From assembly GCA_965116885.1 (NCBI GenBank), contig OZ220741.1, positions 4,352,001 to 4,416,000 on the forward strand: a DNA stretch of 64,000 nucleotides. Reading direction: 5' to 3'. The translations under genes were made by a program, and so were the position numbers. The DNA comes from Candidatus Latescibacterota bacterium. Lineage in GTDB: Bacteria; Latescibacterota; UBA2968. Positions 1 through 10,454 of this stretch are shown piece by piece (within the stretch, counting starts at the first letter, position 1; each line of letters begins with the position of its first letter). Below the pieces are notes generated by a model. That model searched no databases, had not been told where the DNA came from, and was given only the letters and a program-made list of their open reading frames with translations.

Positions 1-296
1 AGCGCGACTTGCCAGGACAATCCCAGTGTGCCCACCGCGACCGCAGCGAAATAGGCGTTCAGACCCATTCCCGGGATCAGTGCAATGGGATAGTTGGCGT
101 AAAGGCCCATGACCGCAGACCCGAACGCCGCGGCGAGACAAGTAGCTACCAGCACCGCGCCAGTGTCCATTCCCGCGCCTCCCAGCACCAGCGGATTCAC
201 GAAGATGATATACGACAGGGGCAGGAAAGTGGTGCATCCGGCCAGAACTTCCTGCCGCACGCTTGAGTTCCGCTCTTTCAACTGAAAATAGCTCAT
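1..296 (-). CDS. NCS2/AzgA-family purine permease, 5' part (runs off window)
   Basis: Own translation of minus strand: MSYFQLKERNSSVRQEVLAGCTTFLPLSYIIFVNP...ANYPIALIPGMGLNAYFA, typical AzgA/PbuG N-terminus; GAGGAG RBS upstream. Confidence 0.85.
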   Translation of the reverse strand, partial: MSYFQLKERNSSVRQEVLAGCTTFLPLSYIIFVNPLVLGGAGMDTGAVLVATCLAAAFGSAVMGLYANYPIALIPGMGLNAYFAAVAVGTLGLSWQVA

Positions 297-498
297 TATT
301 CCGCTGCTCCTCTCTGCATTGTGGATTCTTCAGCTATATATGTACTCCATCCTATCGAATGATCCATCTTCTGTCAAGGCAGTACCACGTTCATTATTGC
401 AAGGGACAGATATTTTGCACTTTGCACATCTTCCCAAAAGCGATACTTTAAGCGAGAAACAGATGGACTGGACGGACTGACCACTGACAATTCACCTT

Positions 499-1596
499 AT
501 GAACGACCTTGCAATCTATTTCACCACAAGCCTTTGCGCTGTGTACACCACGCTGATCGCCATTTTTTTCTTCGGTCTTTTTCGCAGATCGCGGCGAGTA
601 AATGCACAGCGTCTATCTGTTTCCGTTATTGTACCTGCTCGCAATGAAGCCACCAACATCGATGCATGTTTGCGGGCATTGGCCTCACAGCCCTATCCTG
701 CCGACCATCTGGAAATTATCGTTGTAGATGACCGCTCCACCGATGATACCGCCGCTCGAATCGACAAATGGACGCGCTGTTTACCCAACCTGAGTCGCGT
801 ATCTGTCACACAACAGAACTACGCCTGCCCCAAAAAAAACGCCCTGTGGCAGGGCATCAAACACGCACGGGGAGATATTATTTTTACAACGGACGCCGAT
901 TGTCGGCCCGGTCCCAATTGGATTGCGTCAAACCTCGCGTACTTTGCGTCCGATGTCGGCATGGTCATCGGCCACGCTCCCCTGCTGCAAAACGAAAAAG
1001 CCCTATCGGGCCTGCTGTCTCTTCAGGCACTCATTGTCTCAACTCTCGCAGCGGGCAGCGCGGGCATTGGATTTCCGCTCACTTGTTCGGGACGCAACAT
1101 GGCCTATCGCAGAAAGGCCTTTGATGAGGTCAACGGCTTTAACGACATCGGACACATCATCGGCGGCGACGATGTGTTGCTCATGCGCCAATTCGCGCAA
1201 AAAAGCGCGTGGAAAATTCGGTTCAACGCAGACGCCGATGCGTTCGTCCCCTCAGCGTCTCACCCGGACAATCTCATCAATCGACAGGTGCGCTACCAAT
1301 CCAAAACCATTCACTACGGCATTCCCACCTTGATTCTGGCTCTTGCGGTGTATATATTCCATGTCGTTCTGGCTACACTGCCCATTTTGTTCTGGACCAA
1401 CGCCGAATTATTTTATATGATCGGCTCTTGCCTGGGGATAAAAATAATCGCCGATGCCGTTTTTTTGCTCTTCGGCAGTATCCGCTTCAAAAGCCTGAAA
1501 TTGCTCCTGTGGTTTCCAGTTCTCGAAATCCTGATCATTCCCTATATTGTCATCATCTGCGCGCTCGGCACATTTACACCATTCAAATGGAAATAA
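499..1596 (+). CDS. GT2 family glycosyltransferase (membrane anchored)
   Basis: SVIVPARNE, VVDDRSTD, TTDAD, GGDD and RQVRY motifs; N- and C-terminal TM helices. Confidence 0.9.
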   Translation: MNDLAIYFTTSLCAVYTTLIAIFFFGLFRRSRRVNAQRLSVSVIVPARNEATNIDACLRALASQPYPADHLEIIVVDDRSTDDTAARIDKWTRCLPNLSRVSVTQQNYACPKKNALWQGIKHARGDIIFTTDADCRPGPNWIASNLAYFASDVGMVIGHAPLLQNEKALSGLLSLQALIVSTLAAGSAGIGFPLTCSGRNMAYRRKAFDEVNGFNDIGHIIGGDDVLLMRQFAQKSAWKIRFNADADAFVPSASHPDNLINRQVRYQSKTIHYGIPTLILALAVYIFHVVLATLPILFWTNAELFYMIGSCLGIKIIADAVFLLFGSIRFKSLKLLLWFPVLEILIIPYIVIICALGTFTPFKWK

Positions 1597-1597
1597 T

Positions 1598-2656
1598 ATG
1601 CTCTCAATCAAACTCCTGCCCGAAACCTTCATGCGATACCATCGCGCAATCACGCCCCGGCGAATATGGAATGCCTCAAAAGTGATTGCGTCCTACGCCC
1701 TTTCCAATCTGTTTCGGCGGGATATTCGCATGGGCAAACCCTTTGTACTCATGGTCGAACCCACCAATTTCTGCAACCTCAAATGCCCGCTCTGCCCCTC
1801 TGGCAATGGCGACATGACCCGCGAGCGCGGCATTATGCCGTTTGAACACTTCAAGCATGTCTTTGAGCAACAGGTCGATCATCTCCTGCTCCTCATGTTG
1901 TGGAACCAAGGCGAACCCTTTATCAACAAACACCTCACCGACATGATCCGATTGGCCTCCGCGCACAATGTCCCCACACTGACCAGCACCAATGTCCACT
2001 ACATCAAAAACCGGGAAACCGCCCGGGACATTGTCGATTCCGGCCTTTCCGAACTCGTGGTATCCCTGGACGGCGTCACACCCGAAAGCTATGTCAAATA
2101 TCGCGTGGGAGGCAATTTTGACCGCGTACTCGACGGCATTCGCCTCCTTGTTCAGGCTAAACGCGACCTGCAAAGCAGCCATCCTCTGATCCACCTGCAA
2201 TTTATCATCATGAAACACAACGAACACGAAATTGAAGCCGCGCGCAAATTCGCTCGGGAGTTAGGCGTAGATCGCCTCTCACTCAAAACAGCCCAGGTTT
2301 ATACCGATTCCGATGCAGAGACCTTCTTGCCTTCTGACGAAAAATTCAGCCGCTACGATTACAATGCAGACCATCTCTCGACCAAAAATAAAATCAGCAA
2401 CACCTGTCGGCATCTCTGGTACAGTACTGTCATCAATTGGGACGGCGCTGTATCGCCCTGCTGCTTTGACAAAGATGTTCACTTCGGTCTCGGCGATGCC
2501 CTCAGCGAATCGGACTTCGACCAGATCTGGACCGGTCAAAAATACACGGACTTCCGAAACGCCATCCTCAAAGACCGCAAATCTGTACCAATATGTAACA
2601 ACTGTTCAGAAGGCGTGAAGGGCATGTTTTACGATATAGAAAAAGTCGAGCACTGA
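1598..2656 (+). CDS. Radical SAM protein with SPASM/twitch domain
   Basis: CNLKCPLC (CxxxCxxC); C-terminal CRHLW...PCC...CNNC; start moved to the ATG just after the upstream stop. Confidence 0.9.
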   Translation: MLSIKLLPETFMRYHRAITPRRIWNASKVIASYALSNLFRRDIRMGKPFVLMVEPTNFCNLKCPLCPSGNGDMTRERGIMPFEHFKHVFEQQVDHLLLLMLWNQGEPFINKHLTDMIRLASAHNVPTLTSTNVHYIKNRETARDIVDSGLSELVVSLDGVTPESYVKYRVGGNFDRVLDGIRLLVQAKRDLQSSHPLIHLQFIIMKHNEHEIEAARKFARELGVDRLSLKTAQVYTDSDAETFLPSDEKFSRYDYNADHLSTKNKISNTCRHLWYSTVINWDGAVSPCCFDKDVHFGLGDALSESDFDQIWTGQKYTDFRNAILKDRKSVPICNNCSEGVKGMFYDIEKVEH

Positions 2657-2720
2657 GGAATTAAGAATTAAAAATTAAGAATGGTTTGGCGGTGTAATCA
2701 CTTCACAGCCCCTCTTTTTC

Positions 2721-2750
2721 ATCTGCGTCCATCTGCGTCCATCTGCGGAT
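2721..2750. repeat. Short tandem repeat (ATCTGCGTCC x2 + ATCTGCGGAT)
   Basis: Directly visible in the intergenic spacer. Confidence 0.7.
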
Positions 2751-2761
2751 CACACTTCTAA

Positions 2762-3877
2762 ATGGATATCATCCACCACTTATTGCTGCTCTCTACAGTC
2801 CTCTACACCCTCGTCGCACTGTGTTTTTTTTTCGGATTATTCCGCCTGAACAATCAGCCTCGCACCACTGAAACGCCATTTATATCCATCGTTATTGCCG
2901 CGCGCAATGAAGCGGATTATATCGGTCTGTGCCTCGATTCCCTGAAACAACAGACCTATCCATCCGACAGATTTGAAATCCTCGTCGTTGACGATGACTC
3001 GATAGATAATACATCCCAAGTCGTCGCCTCCACGCGCCTGGACAATCTCCACCTTTTGTCTGTCGATAACAGCTTTCCAGAAATGGTGGCAAAAAAACGA
3101 CCGATGTCCGTTGGTATTCACCGTGCCAGGGGCGAATGGATCCTCACCACCGATGCCGACTGCACAGTACCCCCCACCTGGATCGCCAGCATGGCATCTT
3201 ATATGGCGGCTGATATTGGCGTTGTCATCGGCTTTTCGCAACTTACATCGCGCTCGTTTTTCGACCGATTGCAGGCTTATGATTTTCTCACCCTCATGGC
3301 CGCAGCTGCCGGTGCCGCTGGGACAGGCATCCCCCTGGCTGCTTCGGGACAAAATTTCGCCTATCGCAAATGTCTTTTTGAAAAAGTCGGCGGTTTCCGC
3401 GCCATCGCACACCGCCCATCTGGCGACGATGTGCTATTGCTCCAATTGCTGCGCCGCGCCTGGGATGGACGCATCGCGTTTGCCGCTGATCCCGGCGCTT
3501 ATGCAACCACCCATCGCCCAGAAACCCCATCATCGCTGTGGCAACAACGCAAGCGGTGGGCATCTAACGCCGCGTATCAACTGCGTCTCAATCCCGTTTT
3601 TTTTTCTTATATTGCAGTAGTCTTTTTGACCAACGCACTCATTCCCGCTGCTTTTCTCATTTCAATAACAGACGGCACATACACGCTGCCCCTGATCTGC
3701 TGGGGCGCGAAAATACTGGCAGATCTGCTCATAGCGGGAAAAGGCGTTCAGATCTTCAAGCGTGCGGATCTACTCATCATGTTTCCACTTTGGGAGATCG
3801 TACAAATCCCCTACACCATTCTCATCGGCCTCGCGGGAACCCTGCGTGGATTTACATGGAAAGGCCGAGATCATTGA
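2762..3877 (+). CDS. GT2 family glycosyltransferase (paralog of 499..1596)
   Basis: SIVIAARNE, VDDDSID, TTDAD, SGDD, QRKRW motifs. Confidence 0.9.
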   Translation: MDIIHHLLLLSTVLYTLVALCFFFGLFRLNNQPRTTETPFISIVIAARNEADYIGLCLDSLKQQTYPSDRFEILVVDDDSIDNTSQVVASTRLDNLHLLSVDNSFPEMVAKKRPMSVGIHRARGEWILTTDADCTVPPTWIASMASYMAADIGVVIGFSQLTSRSFFDRLQAYDFLTLMAAAAGAAGTGIPLAASGQNFAYRKCLFEKVGGFRAIAHRPSGDDVLLLQLLRRAWDGRIAFAADPGAYATTHRPETPSSLWQQRKRWASNAAYQLRLNPVFFSYIAVVFLTNALIPAAFLISITDGTYTLPLICWGAKILADLLIAGKGVQIFKRADLLIMFPLWEIVQIPYTILIGLAGTLRGFTWKGRDH

Positions 3878-3880
3878 AGT

Positions 3881-5011
3881 ATGAGGTATCTCATGACTAC
3901 CAAAATCCTTTTCTCACTCCTCAGCCTGCTGCTCGCAATGCCATCTTATGCACAGCGCCCGCGTGCCCGAGATCTCGGCATTCAGATTGGCACATTGCTC
4001 ACAGGCACATACAACGCCATTACCGATGTCGAAGGCGTTCTCGTCGGTCACGTCACCTTAATTGAAGGCAGTGGCGAACTCGTCGTGGGCAAAGGACCCG
4101 TGCGAACAGGTGTCACAGCTATCGTCCCGCACAGCGAGGATATCTATCGAAATAATATATTTGCCGCAGCCGAAGCCCTCAATGGCAACGGTGAAATGAC
4201 GGGGATGGCCTGGATTAATGAACGCGGACAACTCGAAGTGCCCGTTGTACTTACGAATACGCTCTCTGTGGGAGAAGGCTATAGTGGGGTGGTCGAATAC
4301 ATGCTCAAGCAGGGCACCGGACGGGTCCCTCTACCTGTAGTCGCCGAATGTTACGACGGCGGTCTCAATGACATTGCAGGGCGCCATGTCACAGTCGATC
4401 ATGTTGTCGAAGCTATTGAAATCGCCACAGACGGCGCAGTGCCCGAAGGCTCGGTTGGTGCGGGCACAGGAATGCGCGCGTATGGATTCAAAGCTGGCAT
4501 CGGCACAGCTTCGCGCGTTGTACCAGATGGACATACCGTAGGCGTACTCGTCAATGCCAACTGCGGACGCAGGCCGAAACTCCTCATTGCCGGCGTTCCC
4601 GTAGGACGCGAATTACCCGTTCAGACTTCCCCAACGCGCGATGGCTCGATCATTGTGGTCATTGCCACCGACGCGCCCCTCGTCCCACATCAATTGCGCC
4701 GCCTGTGCAAACGCGCTGCCATAGGCATTGGTCGCACGGGCACGGTTTCCCGTACCAGCAGCGGGGATTTCGCCATTGCCTTTTCAACCGCCTACCGCGT
4801 ACCTCGCACCCGCGCTGACCGCGATACAATTACCACACTGCGCGATGGCCGGCTAAACGCCATCTTCCAGGCCACCATCGAAGCAACTGAAGAAGCCATT
4901 GTCAATTCCATGTGCGTAGCAGAACCCATGACGGGTCGAGACAACCGCATAATGCCCGCGTTACCGCATGACAAATTAGTCGAGGTACTTCAAAAATACG
5001 GTCGGAGATAA
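3881..5011 (+). CDS. DmpA/P1 (S58) family aminopeptidase, with signal peptide
   Basis: RARDLG...NAITDV.GV.VGH, PVVAECYDG.LND, EGSVGAGTGM, autocleavage motif DGSIIVVIATDAP. Confidence 0.9.
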   Translation: MRYLMTTKILFSLLSLLLAMPSYAQRPRARDLGIQIGTLLTGTYNAITDVEGVLVGHVTLIEGSGELVVGKGPVRTGVTAIVPHSEDIYRNNIFAAAEALNGNGEMTGMAWINERGQLEVPVVLTNTLSVGEGYSGVVEYMLKQGTGRVPLPVVAECYDGGLNDIAGRHVTVDHVVEAIEIATDGAVPEGSVGAGTGMRAYGFKAGIGTASRVVPDGHTVGVLVNANCGRRPKLLIAGVPVGRELPVQTSPTRDGSIIVVIATDAPLVPHQLRRLCKRAAIGIGRTGTVSRTSSGDFAIAFSTAYRVPRTRADRDTITTLRDGRLNAIFQATIEATEEAIVNSMCVAEPMTGRDNRIMPALPHDKLVEVLQKYGRR

Positions 5012-5013
5012 GT

Positions 5014-5862
5014 TCAAGGATAGCTATTGGTAAGTCTGCGGATGACGAAGCCCCTTTCCTCGTCGGCCATATTCTCGTGGTAATCTACAAAGAATTGTTC
5101 TGGATAGCCGAACTCCTCATTATACGTGACGTCGATGCGGGCTGCATTCTCGTCCAGTGCGCTCTGCAATACGGCGAACAGAGCCTTGACCGAAACGAAT
5201 CGCTCAGGATCGGGGATATTGGGCACGGCCGGGTCGGCAGAGGCGACGCTTGCGACTACACCTCCGCGCACGGTTACCTCCGCGTCAGCAGTGTAGTCTA
5301 TCGGACAGAAGCAGTTCCATGCGCCTGTATAAACGTAGTTCGCAACCCTTCTTCGCTCCCACCGCCCTTGATGACGGAGCAGGTCCGCCTGTAGGGAGCC
5401 TGGATCGCGCACGAGAAGGACGTCTTCGAAGATTGGTATATCGATCTCTCCACCGCCGGCAGTGATACCGGTTATAGTGCGAGTGTACCTGCCCGCTGGC
5501 AAATCTGCGTCGATCAGAGGCAGATTGACGATTCTGTGAAAAGGTAAGGGCAGTTCGCGAGTTGGAGCGGACAAATCCACGACCACTGTCTGCGATCCCC
5601 TGTTGCCAGCTATCTGGACGCGCACTGCGATAATGGCCCCGTCAAACTCGCAATTGCCGGTGTTGATGTCGTCAACCTGCGTGGGCACGGCATCTTTGCC
5701 AATCACCGCCATGAGGTAGTCGTCCGAGTAAGCCTCTGTAACTCCGCACGCCACTTCCGAAGCATCCGGAACAGTAGGCGATGGGACGATGCCACAGGCA
5801 ACCGTGATCCCGAGGGTCAATAGAACTCCTGATCTTGCAATATAGCGCCTGATGTTCATCAT
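5014..5862 (-). CDS. Lipoprotein with C-terminal DUF6174-like domain
   Basis: Lipobox TVAC; Y.Y....CFCP and Y....GYP.....D.....DEE motifs. Confidence 0.6.
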   Translation of the reverse strand: MMNIRRYIARSGVLLTLGITVACGIVPSPTVPDASEVACGVTEAYSDDYLMAVIGKDAVPTQVDDINTGNCEFDGAIIAVRVQIAGNRGSQTVVVDLSAPTRELPLPFHRIVNLPLIDADLPAGRYTRTITGITAGGGEIDIPIFEDVLLVRDPGSLQADLLRHQGRWERRRVANYVYTGAWNCFCPIDYTADAEVTVRGGVVASVASADPAVPNIPDPERFVSVKALFAVLQSALDENAARIDVTYNEEFGYPEQFFVDYHENMADEERGFVIRRLTNSYP

Positions 5863-6111
5863 CTATCTCCTCGTGAATGTCATTCTACTCATTCTATTTC
5901 TACATACTCAGAACGCACAAGGAGCCTCAATAGTTCCCCGATAGCTGGCAGCGCACGGATAATCCGCCCTATCATCGCTCGATGAACCTTCTCGCATCCC
6001 TCCATGAGAGGGCGTGGGCGCGTTTTAGAGCGATAGGTGTTGACAGACGCCTGGCAGGGTGCGATACTTCCCACAGATCGAAAAGTTCGAATATGCACTG
6101 GAGGACCAAAT

Positions 6112-7590
6112 ATGTCTCAAATGCCCATCATCACTGCCCTTTGCGCCTATGTTTTCCTCACCCTATTGGTCGGCGTCTATGCTGGCAGACGCGTTAAAGA
6201 TTCCGCCGATTTTGTCGTTGCGGGTCGGCGTCTGGGCATCTTGCTGGCTACGGGCACGCTTTCCGCCACCTGGTTTGGCACGGGCACAGTGCTCGGCGCG
6301 GCAGGCGCAGCTTACAAAGGCGGTTTTTTAGCCGTTATCGCCGATCCTTTTGGCGCAGCCCTGTGTCTGTTTCTTGCAGGTCTGTTTTATGTGCGGATGA
6401 TGCGACGCATGGGCGTCTCAACCATTGCCGAATTTTTTGAACGGAGATTTGGCAAAACAGCCGGTGTGGTCGCTGCTGCATGTACTATTCCAGCTTATAT
6501 CGGCTGGGTCGCATCGCTGATGGTGGGGTTTGGAAAAATTATCCACGCGCTCACGGGATTGGATGCGGTGTTAGGTACTTGCCTCGGCGCTGCTATTGTA
6601 CTGATCTATACAACAATAGGCGGCATGTGGGCGGTAACGCTGACAGACTTTATCCAGGTGGCCGTCTTAACTCTGGGACTGATCTTTATGACGCCCGTTC
6701 TCCTGAGCGACATGGGAGGATGGACCGCCATACGAGCGCAACTACCCGATGACCAATTTTATCTCTATCCCCGCGATGCGGATATGACCACCTGGTTTAA
6801 TTATGCGCGCGCCTGGTTGGTAATTGGCCTGGGCAATCTCGCAGGGCAGGACCTTTTGCAACGCAGCTTATCCAGCCGAAACGAATCCGTCGCGCAAAAC
6901 AGCGCGTACCTCTCTGGTATTATTTACCTGACCGTTGGCCTCTTACCCGTTTTCCTGGGCATTGCAGCCACCCTCACATTTCCCAATCTGAGCGACCCAG
7001 AGCAGGTGATGATGAAACTCGCTGAAACCTATCTTCCCCCACTCGGCATGGCCGTTTTTATCGGCGCTTTGATCTCCGCACTGATGAGCAGTGCCGACAG
7101 CGCCTTGCTCGCTCCTGCCAGCGTGATCGGCAACGACCTGATCCGCTACCTGCGCCCCGATATTGACGCGCGAACCCAACTTCGCCTGTGCCGCTTGAGT
7201 GTCCCCATCCTCGGCATCATAGCGCTTTATCTCGCGCTTTCGCACGACACGGTTTACACGCTGATGGTCGATTCCTGGTCTATCTTACTGGCGACCCTCT
7301 TTGTACCTCTCACTGCGGGTATCTGGTGGCGCAACGCCAATCGCTCTGGCGCACTCTGGTCGATGATTTCAGGTGCGATCACCTATCTCATCCTGCTCCA
7401 AATCGCGCCTGACCAACCCGCCGATCTCCTCGCAGTACCAATCGGCCTTCTCGCACTTGTCATCATAACCAAAGCCACCACAAAAACTGATCCACCCTTG
7501 CCCTTGAGCGATACGTCAGGAACACCTCTCCCCTATACAAACCGCCTGGGAGCTCTAAATCCGCTTCGAGGTTCATCCAATGGGAGATAA
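6112..7590 (+). CDS. Sodium:solute symporter (SSS) family transporter
   Basis: DFVVAGRRLG, YTTIGGMWAVTLTDFIQ, SALMSSADS; multi-TM; GGAGG RBS before ATG 6112. Confidence 0.9.
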   Translation: MSQMPIITALCAYVFLTLLVGVYAGRRVKDSADFVVAGRRLGILLATGTLSATWFGTGTVLGAAGAAYKGGFLAVIADPFGAALCLFLAGLFYVRMMRRMGVSTIAEFFERRFGKTAGVVAAACTIPAYIGWVASLMVGFGKIIHALTGLDAVLGTCLGAAIVLIYTTIGGMWAVTLTDFIQVAVLTLGLIFMTPVLLSDMGGWTAIRAQLPDDQFYLYPRDADMTTWFNYARAWLVIGLGNLAGQDLLQRSLSSRNESVAQNSAYLSGIIYLTVGLLPVFLGIAATLTFPNLSDPEQVMMKLAETYLPPLGMAVFIGALISALMSSADSALLAPASVIGNDLIRYLRPDIDARTQLRLCRLSVPILGIIALYLALSHDTVYTLMVDSWSILLATLFVPLTAGIWWRNANRSGALWSMISGAITYLILLQIAPDQPADLLAVPIGLLALVIITKATTKTDPPLPLSDTSGTPLPYTNRLGALNPLRGSSNGR

Positions 7591-7596
7591 TACTTT

Positions 7597-8301
7597 ATGA
7601 ATAACGAAAAATTTGATGCGCGCTTTGAGCCTACTTATGGCGTCTCAGAGGCGGCTCGCTATCTAAATATTCCGCCTTCTACGCTCAGGTCTTGGATATC
7701 AGGGGTACAGTATCGTTCTGATCGAAGTAACTTTGAACCTGTTATTAGTGTACCTCCATCAGAAATCGTGCAACTATCTTTTGTCAACTTAGTGGAGGCC
7801 CATGTCCTGGTGGCACTTCGCAGAATCCACAAGGTGCGTTTGCAGGATATCCGGGTGGCACTGGATACACTTGAAAAACAGTTTCCAGAGCAACCGCATC
7901 CTCTGGCTTTTAAGTCTTTCGCAACGGATGGAAAAGATCTGTTCATAGACCATATCGGGCAGCTTATCAATCTCTCCAAACGCGGACAACTGGAAATGGA
8001 AGAAGTCATCGACATGTATCTTCATCGTATTGAGTATGATACAAGTGGACCCGTTATCTTGTATCCCTTTACGCGAGGTCCATTCCAGGAAGATGATCAA
8101 CCGAAAGCCGTCTTGATGAATCCTTATATTTCCTTTGGACGTCCTGTGCTTGCAGGGAGAGGTGTGCCGACCGAATTGGTCTTTGAGCGGTTCAACGCAG
8201 GTGAGTTAATGGACTCACTGGCTGAAGATTATAGGCGTGAGAGATGGGAGATTGAAGAGGCTATAAGGTATGAATCGGCCAGAAGCAGAAAAGCCGCTTG
8301 A
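7597..8301 (+). CDS. HTH + DUF433 antitoxin (VapB45-like)
   Basis: YGVSEAARYL.IP.STLRSW HTH; LSFVNLVEAHVL; ISFGRPVL.GRGVPT DUF433 motif. Confidence 0.85.
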   Translation: MNNEKFDARFEPTYGVSEAARYLNIPPSTLRSWISGVQYRSDRSNFEPVISVPPSEIVQLSFVNLVEAHVLVALRRIHKVRLQDIRVALDTLEKQFPEQPHPLAFKSFATDGKDLFIDHIGQLINLSKRGQLEMEEVIDMYLHRIEYDTSGPVILYPFTRGPFQEDDQPKAVLMNPYISFGRPVLAGRGVPTELVFERFNAGELMDSLAEDYRRERWEIEEAIRYESARSRKAA

Positions 8302-8341
8302 CCTTCCACTCGTTTTTGTGGAAATATATCTCAATCAGTAA
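8270..8341 (+). pseudogene. Probable N-terminal remnant of the cognate PIN (VapC45-like) toxin
   Basis: Overlapping micro-ORF MNRPEAEKPLDLPLVFVEIYLNQ* at the position and overlap expected for the partner toxin. Confidence 0.4.
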
Positions 8342-8394
8342 ACTTGTAGGGAGTCATTGAAGGCGACTTCAATTGAGATGCGAATAAAGAGGTT

Positions 8395-8652
8395 TTGACA
8401 ATGAAACATTCAGACTGGACACAAGCTGATTCACGCGAAGCCAAACAGATCTGGAAGGAATACCAAAAGCAGCATAATCTCTCGGACCGAATTGGGCAAA
8501 CGGCGGGGATTGATCCGAAAAGTAGGCGCATTTGGTTTGGCTCTTCAATTAGAGATATTGTCCTCCAAAGAAATACTGAAGGATTGAATTCTCCTATTTT
8601 CTTTGAACGTGTTGGCTCCGAAACCTATTTCCGCAAAGGAGTTCGTCGGTGA
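8395..8652 (+). CDS. Small hypothetical protein
   Basis: Short ORF in the TA cluster, GAGG RBS, overlaps next GTG by 4 nt. Confidence 0.6.
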   Translation: MTMKHSDWTQADSREAKQIWKEYQKQHNLSDRIGQTAGIDPKSRRIWFGSSIRDIVLQRNTEGLNSPIFFERVGSETYFRKGVRR

Positions 8653-8690
8653 TTCACGGAGAAGTTTCGAGTGACGCGCCAGTTATTGTT

Positions 8691-9164
8691 ATGAAACCAA
8701 ATGTTTATATTGAATCAACGGTCATCAGCTACCTGACTGCAAGACCAAGTAGAGATCTAATTGTTGCAGCACACCAGCAAATTACTGTGGAGTGGTGGGA
8801 AGATGTACATCCTCAAGTAAATGGTTTCATATCTCCGTTTGTGAATCAAGAAATATCTCGTGGAGACTCTGATGCTGCACAGAAACGAATTGAAGTGGTG
8901 AAAGACTTGTCGGTTTTAGAAATCAACGATGAAATTCAAAAATTGGCAGAAAAATACTCTGTTGCGCTTGAAATTCCCGAAAAAGCAAAGATAGATGCCG
9001 CTCACCTTGCGGTTGCCGTTTGGCACGAAATGGATTATCTTCTAAGTTGGAATTGCAGACATATTGTTAGCGGTCGAGTCAAAAAATCACTTGAAGAAAT
9101 CAACGTCATTTTGGATTTAAAAACGCCTGTGATGTGTACCCCTGAAGAGTTAATGGAGGTATAA
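8691..9164 (+). CDS. PIN-domain (VapC-like) toxin
   Basis: MKPNVYIESTVISY, EISRGD, DAAHLA, LLSWNCRHI, CTPEEL. Confidence 0.85.
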   Translation: MKPNVYIESTVISYLTARPSRDLIVAAHQQITVEWWEDVHPQVNGFISPFVNQEISRGDSDAAQKRIEVVKDLSVLEINDEIQKLAEKYSVALEIPEKAKIDAAHLAVAVWHEMDYLLSWNCRHIVSGRVKKSLEEINVILDLKTPVMCTPEELMEV

Positions 9165-9168
9165 CCCC

Positions 9169-9354
9169 ATGTGGAAAGATCCTATAGTGGAAGAAATCCG
9201 CGCCATTCGCTTAGATATAGAAGCGGAATGTGATCATAATTTTGATAAGATATTCGCACGAGCGATTGAAGCTCAAAAAAAGTTAGGAAATCGGCTTGTT
9301 TCCAAACCCACTTCACAATATTCTAAAAAGAAAGTGACGCGCCAAAGTTGGTAA
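9169..9354 (+). CDS. Small putative antitoxin partner of PIN toxin
   Basis: MWKDPIVEEIRAIR start, typical of small genes downstream of this PIN subfamily; GGAGG RBS. Confidence 0.65.
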   Translation: MWKDPIVEEIRAIRLDIEAECDHNFDKIFARAIEAQKKLGNRLVSKPTSQYSKKKVTRQSW

Positions 9355-9373
9355 AATCTCTGCCCAAAAAAAC

Positions 9374-9410
9374 AAAGGCGCGGTTCCAGAATAAAGGAAC
9401 GGCGCCTTTT
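9374..9410. terminator. Bidirectional intrinsic terminator
   Basis: AAAGGCGCGGTTCC-loop-GGAACGGCGCCTTTT between convergent genes. Confidence 0.7.
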
Positions 9411-9419
9411 CTATGGGGA

Positions 9420-9647
9420 CTATGTAGAATAGTGCCTAATTTCCTCAATCAGTGTATAAGGCGCTTCCTCATCTTCCATACCACGCATCGCCGATGTAAG
9501 AGATAAGTCGGTCCACATCGTATCTTCTTCACGGTCTTTCGGTATTTTGTGCCGCGATTTAAGAAATTCGACAAAATCGAGAACTTCCCGCAGTACAGGC
9601 TCTGGAAGAGTTTGCAAATGTTGAGAAATATGATCTAATGTTGTCAT
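9420..9647 (-). CDS. DUF2281-family antitoxin-like protein (orphan)
   Basis: LPEPVLREVLDFVEFLK motif. Confidence 0.7.
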   Translation of the reverse strand: MTTLDHISQHLQTLPEPVLREVLDFVEFLKSRHKIPKDREEDTMWTDLSLTSAMRGMEDEEAPYTLIEEIRHYST

Positions 9648-9695
9648 AACAAAGTCCTCATAAAATGGGCGAACACACAGACCCGCTCCCCATAA

Positions 9696-10454
9696 TCATC
9701 CCACCCGAACGCGATTAATCTTGCTCGCGGCGACACCAGCACCAAACCCATTGTCGATATTGACCACGGTCACGCCCGACGCACAACTGTTCAACATACC
9801 CAGCAATGCAGCCAACCCCTTAAAACTCGCCCCATATCCCACGCTCGTCGGCACGGCAATAAGCGGCACATCGACTAAGCCACCAACCACACTGGGCAGC
9901 GCCCCTTCCATCCCGGCCACCACGATAATCACACGCGCATCCAATAGGCGTTCCTTACACGCCAGCAAACGGTGAATCCCGGCAACTCCCACATCGTAAA
10001 GTGTTTCGACCTCATTCCCCATCACCCGCGCGGTTTCCACGGCTTCTTCCGCCACGGGCAAATCGGATGTGCCCGCGGACACCACCAGAATTTTGCCAAC
10101 TGTTTCCGCAGCGGGAATCTCCCCTGCGACGACCACTGTGCGAGCGAGCGCATTGACATTTGCATCGGGATATTTTGCGACCAGAGCATCCCGCATCTCT
10201 GCATTTGTGCGCGTCGCCAGCAGTACTGCACCCGATGACACAATGCGGTCTGCTATGGCGGTCACTTGCTCAGTTGTCTTTCCCTCACAAAAAATAACTT
10301 CGGGAAACCCCTGTCTCAGCGTGCGGTGGTGGTCTATGCGCGCAAAACCAAGCTCTTCAAAAGGCAGGTGCGCGAGGTGTGTAAACGCCTCATCCACATC
10401 CGTTTGCCCCTGTGCAACAGCTTCTAACAACGCGCGTATGCGTTCCGGTGTCAC
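9696..10454 (-). CDS. larB: Nickel-pincer cofactor biosynthesis protein LarB (PurE-like)
   Basis: [58 protein letters not shown]. Confidence 0.92.
   Translation of the reverse strand: MTPERIRALLEAVAQGQTDVDEAFTHLAHLPFEELGFARIDHHRTLRQGFPEVIFCEGKTTEQVTAIADRIVSSGAVLLATRTNAEMRDALVAKYPDANVNALARTVVVAGEIPAAETVGKILVVSAGTSDLPVAEEAVETARVMGNEVETLYDVGVAGIHRLLACKERLLDARVIIVVAGMEGALPSVVGGLVDVPLIAVPTSVGYGASFKGLAALLGMLNSCASGVTVVNIDNGFGAGVAASKINRVRVG

Noticed and set aside
5863..6111. Riboswitch upstream of the SSS transporter
   Set aside because: No recognisable aptamer motif; only a plausible TTGACA promoter close to the start.
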